Part shown: positions 27,530 through 33,000 of the stretch, in pieces
Numbering within the stretch: the stretch's first letter is position 1
How the letters are laid out: every line of letters starts with the position of its first letter
Source of the DNA: Paragordius varius
Lineage: Eukaryota > Animalia > Nematomorpha
NCBI GenBank assembly: GCA_964247055.1
Contig: OZ176054.1
Coordinates: forward strand, 2,201,001 to 2,234,000
DNA length: 33,000 nt
Direction: 5' to 3'
The notes under the pieces: generated by a model
The model's database searches: none
Seen by the model: only the letters and a program-made list of their open reading frames with translations
Told to the model about the DNA's origin: nothing
Position numbers and translations under genes: made by a program

Positions 27530-27895
27530 GAGTACGGAAACAACTGATAATAAACGAATGTAAAAATATATGATGGAATTAAATTTAATTTACTCTGATC
27601 TAGTTAGTTATTAATAATGCCGCATAAATATGATTTATATATATTTTTATTAATAAATATATGATTAAAAATATATACTTATAGTAATATTTTGTCCAAA
27701 AAATTTATTTAGTTTTTTATCAATTATTTTTTGCGCAAGCGCATAAAATTCTGCAGCCATTTTAAGTGGTATACAATAGTCTGCTCTAAAGTTTGGTTTG
27801 GATGTAAATTGGTTTATTGGAAAGAAATCTAAAAAATAATTGACTGAAGGATATTACTCGTTATTTTCTTGAAAGTTAAACAATTACAAACAACA
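27530..27895. promoter_or_regulatory. Putative bidirectional promoter, RPL12/PURA
   Basis: 366 bp between divergent start codons. Inferred from position only. Confidence 0.45.
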
Positions 27896-29472
27896 ATGTC
27901 GGATCATGCTGAATATGAAAACGCCGAAGGAGGAGATATGACTCAAATTAATGGTCAAGACGCAAACACCACTGAAACTACCCAGAATATACCAAATGGT
28001 GATGCAAAAAATTATGTTAATAACCGTGACAATGAAAGAGAATTGGCTTCGGTTGTTTTGGTGATTCAAAATAAGCGTTATTATTTGGATATTAAGCAAA
28101 ATGCATATGGTAAATTTGTTAAATTGGCGCAAGTCGTTCCTCAAAGGCCAAAACAAAGAATTGTTTTTTCTATGGATAAAGTTGTAGAATTCCGAAATAC
28201 TTTAACTGAGTTTGGCGAATATTATGCCTCTCTAGGTAAAAAAATGTTTGTTTAAATTAATCTTAGGCCCACCTCAAGAAAATAATGGTGAACGTGATCA
28301 GCAACCCGGAGGCGAAATTTTGAAAAATAAAATGATTATGGGACGAAACCGAAAATATTGGCTAGACTTGAAAGAAACTAATCGCAACAGAATATTAAAG
28401 GTAACTTTTAGTTTTTATCTTATAATTAATTTATTATTAATTTCTAATAGGTTAGTCAAATAATGTCACCGTCTAACACGCGATCCGTCATTGTAATTCC
28501 GGCCCAGGGAATAATTGAGTTGAGAAATGAGTTGACTCATCTCATTGATGAATATGCTACTGAAGAAGGTAAAATCATAAAAAGCTATTTAAAATTATTT
28601 TTGATATCCTCATATTGTATTGCCTGAATATCGGGTTTATTATAACATTATTAAATCCGGTTGTTACGGCCTTTATTTAAAATAATTAAAAATATTTATT
28701 TTTTAATCATAAATTCATTTGTAGTAAAAGATTCTTTTCTCATTTTTCATTTTATAAAAAAATTGTACAGATTTACGCCCATCGGAAGTTAAAACCGCAA
28801 ATATGCGTCTTGGAAATCGTAGAATTCATTTTGAAACCAGAGCAAACCAACGTGGTCGTTATTTACGCATCAGCGAGGTTCGAAAATTTTATTTTGTTTA
28901 ACCACCCCGCAATATATAAAAATAAATTATTGGTTTAAAGGTAAATTAGTCTTTTATGCTCCATATGCGGGTTATCGAAATCCAAGGCAACACTATATAT
29001 TCATACAAAATTATAGTGTTATGTATCTTCACTATAAGGGTTTTACATAAAAAATGGAAAATGCACGATAAACAGTATTAGGTTAGTTTAAAGAACAACT
29101 ATGTCGTTTTTTCGTTATTTTCCTTTTAGATTTCATAGAGCTCGCTTACATACTAATGCTACCATATTCTTAATTATTAATTAAAAATATTGTTTTAATA
29201 CTTAGACACGTAATAATCAACAAACCAATTCATTCGTCGTACCCGAAAATGCCTTGGATCGCTTTAAAGAAGTCCTTGATAGCATGATTGAGGATATGAA
29301 GCTTACAGCCATCGCTGGTGACACTCATAAGGATAAAACAGCTGCAGCTAGAAACAATGGGGGCGCCTTATCAACTGAGACTCATCATGGGGGCGAAAAT
29401 GCATCATCAGATGTTGCTCCAGATACCGTGGGAGCTGATAATTTAAGCGCCGCCTACAATGGGACTTATTAA
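27896..29472 (+). CDS. PURA: Pur-alpha family single-stranded nucleic-acid binding protein, 5 exons, 321 aa
   Basis: Exons 27896-28235, 28267-28400, 28451-28568, 28771-28877, 29206-29472 (966 nt). Three PUR repeats: ELASVVLVIQNKRYYLDIKQNAYGKFVKLAQV; NRKYWLDLKETNRNRILKVSQ; NRRIHFETRANQRGRYLRISE. Confidence 0.93.
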
Positions 29473-30072
29473 GGGTTAAAAGGAATATTAACTGTACGAA
29501 AAAAAATATTAACGATTTTTCCGTATTTTCATTATGAAACCTTTACACCTTATCATTGTATTGTGCATGTTCACCATTTATATTATATAGTAGTTGGTTT
29601 TTTTGGTTAACCCCATTTGTCGTATGTTTTTTTACCACTATAGACCTTTTTTGAAGTATCTATCTACCTAGACCTTATTGATTGACTTTATATTTAAAGT
29701 TTTGTTTGTTTAATTAAAAATAGTGTTAGATTTGATGATTACATATGTGAATTGTTTTTTAGGAGGGCGAAAAAAATAAAAAGTAAAAAAAAAGGTTTCC
29801 AAAATTAAGCTTGTGTATACCACTTTAATATCTTATTATACAACTTGAAACATTTATTTGTTTTGTATGATTTGAATATTCCCCTAGCAATTTGTATAAT
29901 ATTAAGTAATTCATATTTTTGTAAATCATGCCTCCTAATATATATTTTATATCATGCAATATGTTCACCACACACTTGTATTATATTTCTTTTTTTTAAA
30001 TAACCATACAACATACAAATTAGTGACGTGTTTTTTTCTAGAAAAATTATTAATATCAATTACACCAAACTT

Positions 30073-30076
<4 letters not shown>

Positions 30077-30102
<26 letters not shown>
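30077..30102. repeat. (TA)13 microsatellite
   Basis: Direct reading. Confidence 0.9.
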
Positions 30103-30106
<4 letters not shown>

Positions 30107-30235
30107 GTAGTGATAAACGGAAATAAATTTTATATTTTCATTGGTTTGTAAATTTAAAGCCATTGTGTTTTAAGTCAAAAAGGGTGCAGTTTGGGTAACT
30201 TTCTTTTTTAAAATATATATATTTACTGTATATTA

Positions 30236-30506
30236 CAGGGGTCTCCAACACGCGGCCTTTGCCGGAAGCCAAAAATAAAGAATGCCAAATAAAATCAAAA
30301 TATATAATTTGCTTAAATTTTCTACTTAATATATCTCGGTTAAATTATTAAATACTCCAAATTAATATTATTTTTGTCGTTAAAATAATTGTTAATATTA
30401 AAATGTAATAATTCATTAAAATTATCAATGGTTAAATAATGATTTCGGTTCTTTGTGCTTATAATTTTTTAAATCCTGCCCGCGAGCCCATTGTCGGGCA
30501 CCTCTG
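30236..30506. mobile_element. hAT (Charlie-like) non-autonomous MITE, 271 bp
   Basis: Left end CAGGGGTCTCCAACACGCGGCC; right end GCCCGCGAGCCCATTGTCGGGCACCTCTG; degenerate 8-bp target-site duplication gtatatta/gtttataa (6 of 8 match); AT-rich non-coding interior. Confidence 0.75.
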
Positions 30507-33000
30507 GTTTATAATTAGGGTTAAGTTTTTGATTGATGAAAAAAAATAACCGGTATTACCGCTTGTTATGCAGTTAATCACAGTCGCAATCATAACAACA
30601 AATGTATAATATATTTTAAAATAACCGTTTTAATTAGTTGTTTATATTAGTTTTAACTGAAAAAAATAATTATAAAATTGATTTGAATTGAGATCACTGT
30701 ATAGCCCTAGCCAACTTTAAAATGTTTTTATTCAAAAAGTATCAAAGCTGGGGGTGTTTTAACTAAATTTATGCTAAAATATCTAATTTTAGCTTTGAGG
30801 AAAAAGTTTTATATCAACTATTTCCGCGCCATATTTAAAATTTTTTTTAAAAAAAATATAATGTTTTTTTAATAATACGGCTTAAATTTAAGTTAATCTC
30901 ATATTAAATACATCGATTAATAAATAAGACAAAATTGATTATAGCAACTTTTACATGCACTCAGTTAATATTTTCTCTATTTTTGCCTTTTATCAGTGCA
31001 AGATGAAATGGTTTAAACACTTTATATTTTACCAAATATTTGATTTTTAATCTGCATGAAGTGGTCAATTATCCCAATTTGTAGCGCATATAGACATAAA
31101 TGTTTCAACTATAATTACTTGATGAATATATGTTCCACGTTCCATTGGCTAGTTTTTTTTATAAGCGATCACAGTTATGGATATAATCATAACTGGTGTG
31201 TATAATATTTACTAAATGTGCTTAAAAAATTAAATTAGGTTTAAAAATACAGCTCTGTCTACAAAATTGCTAGGTTAAATAAATAGTTTTGGATAAAACA
31301 GTCGTACTGAAACCACGGCCCCAAAATGCATTGTTATGGCCCTTAATCATTTATGAAAAATATTTTGATGTATATATTATGAGTAAAAATATCGGCAAAA
31401 GGGCCAAACAGATATGAAATTCTAATCGGTTTTATATGGTGCACGGCGTTCCGAGACAAGATAGGGTTTTGCGGACCTTCAAAACTTTTTGTTATCACAC
31501 CACTGGGATAAAATATATATTTTCTCATATCAAGAAGATATGATTTAAATCTAAAAATAAATTATTGAACACCTCATCCATGAAGTATAACTTATTAGCT
31601 TCGAACAAAGACTTAGGACATGACTGAGTACTTTTCTTTTTGACATAGAGCATATTCAGATTTATTAACCAATGTGCCAAATTATTTTATGAAAACATAC
31701 CAATTAGTATTTAACTAAATATAGTGAGCTTTAACTTTCATTATTGTATCAATAAGATATTTATGCCAATATCTCGAATGCATTTTTAAATGTGTTCTGG
31801 TTCTGGGGAAACATTATGTCAACTTAAATTTAAGTATTCAAAAACCATAAACTATAAAAACTTTAAATTACTAAACTTTGTCCACTAACTTTTTGTCCTA
31901 AACAAGCCATGTGGGTAATTTCTTATTACAGTAACTATCAAGGTTTGTCATATAATTAAATGAGTTGAAACCTTATCCTGAAAATAAATTTCTATCTTGT
32001 ATACACAACTTTTAAATCGATTTTATATAAAAAAAGTGTGATCCGCATAAACATATCATTAAAGCATTATCAAATAGTCCGATATGTTAACTCTTTGAAT
32101 CATGCCCAAAAAATATTAACACCTGACTAAAGCCAATGATGAAATATTACTTGCTGTTTTTGCAATGGAAATTTAACCGGCTTTTTTTACTTTTAAACTT
32201 TATAAAATTAAACAGATTAAAAAATTGTTCTAAAAGATTTTTATTTCAATTAACCATGGTGTGTACTCTTTCGATTCTAAAAACTATGAAAATTAAAATT
32301 TGTCTCAAATTCCTAGAGAGGTCGTTAATTGGATAAATGATATGACAAAAATTTTTGATCTTACGGTCCTTAAAATTAATAATATCCATCAAATCAAACA
32401 CAAAATTAGATAATCTACTATCAATTATTTTATTTTTGATGGCAGAAATGTTACACAGTCTAAGAAAATATAATTAATAATTTTCAATCCACCAACAAAA
32501 TATTGTATTATCTTTTCAAATTTTTAAGTTCATCAAAAATTTTGAGACGAAAAATAGTGTTGATTAGAATCAATATCCAATATTTTTGACAATATCGCAT
32601 TCTCCAGAGATTTCTTTAAGCCATTCCAAGAAAACTTGAAGGAATCCTTAAAAATATATTTTTTAATAAAAAAATTTAAAAATTAATTGTAAATTTTTTT
32701 CAAAAAAAATACATCCAATTACAAAAAATGTGGCTTATTTAAACTTGTTTGTATTAATATTTTAAAAGTGGTCAATGTTTTCGGGTTGATATAAATTAAT
32801 CATTACTCTATAATTGAAAAATTTCGAATTCTGGGCAGATACTTTTTGAGGACGGGTCAAATTCTAATATTTCCTTTATAATTTGCAAACATAAATATGC
32901 ACCCGAAATATTTTTAATAATTATGTAAATAAAATTATATATATCTCAAAATCATAGGCCCCGATTATTTGTATTTTAATTTCAAAATATGCTTCACTTT

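Overview
This is very AT-rich (roughly three-quarters A+T by eye), intron-containing eukaryotic DNA; the genes look animal-like, but I cannot assign the species. Hand-spliced models with consistent reading frames give: the 3' end of an unidentified gene (+), sphingosine-1-phosphate lyase SGPL1 (-, 15 exons), cytosolic aspartate aminotransferase GOT1 (+, 10 exons), a small Cys/His-rich metallothionein-like gene missing from the ORF track (-, 5-6 tiny exons), GPI inositol-deacylase PGAP1 (-), mitochondrial release factor MTRF1L (+), RPL12 (-) and Pur-alpha (+). The six recognisable genes form three head-to-head pairs, two with only about 44-110 bp and 61 bp between start codons. Introns are bimodal: at least eleven are only 22-33 nt, while others are inflated by TE debris. 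That debris includes a rearranged Ty3/gypsy remnant bracketed by a ~145-bp inverted repeat inside an SGPL1 intron and a MITE family with TATACCATTT termini; a hAT-type MITE lies downstream of PURA. The most notable observations are the internally duplicated metallothionein-like gene (probably joined through a GC-AG micro-exon), the ultra-short introns, the inverted repeat that could fold out the retroelement, and a structured snoRNA candidate in the last RPL12 intron. All gene models and alignments were done by hand, without database searches or expression data.
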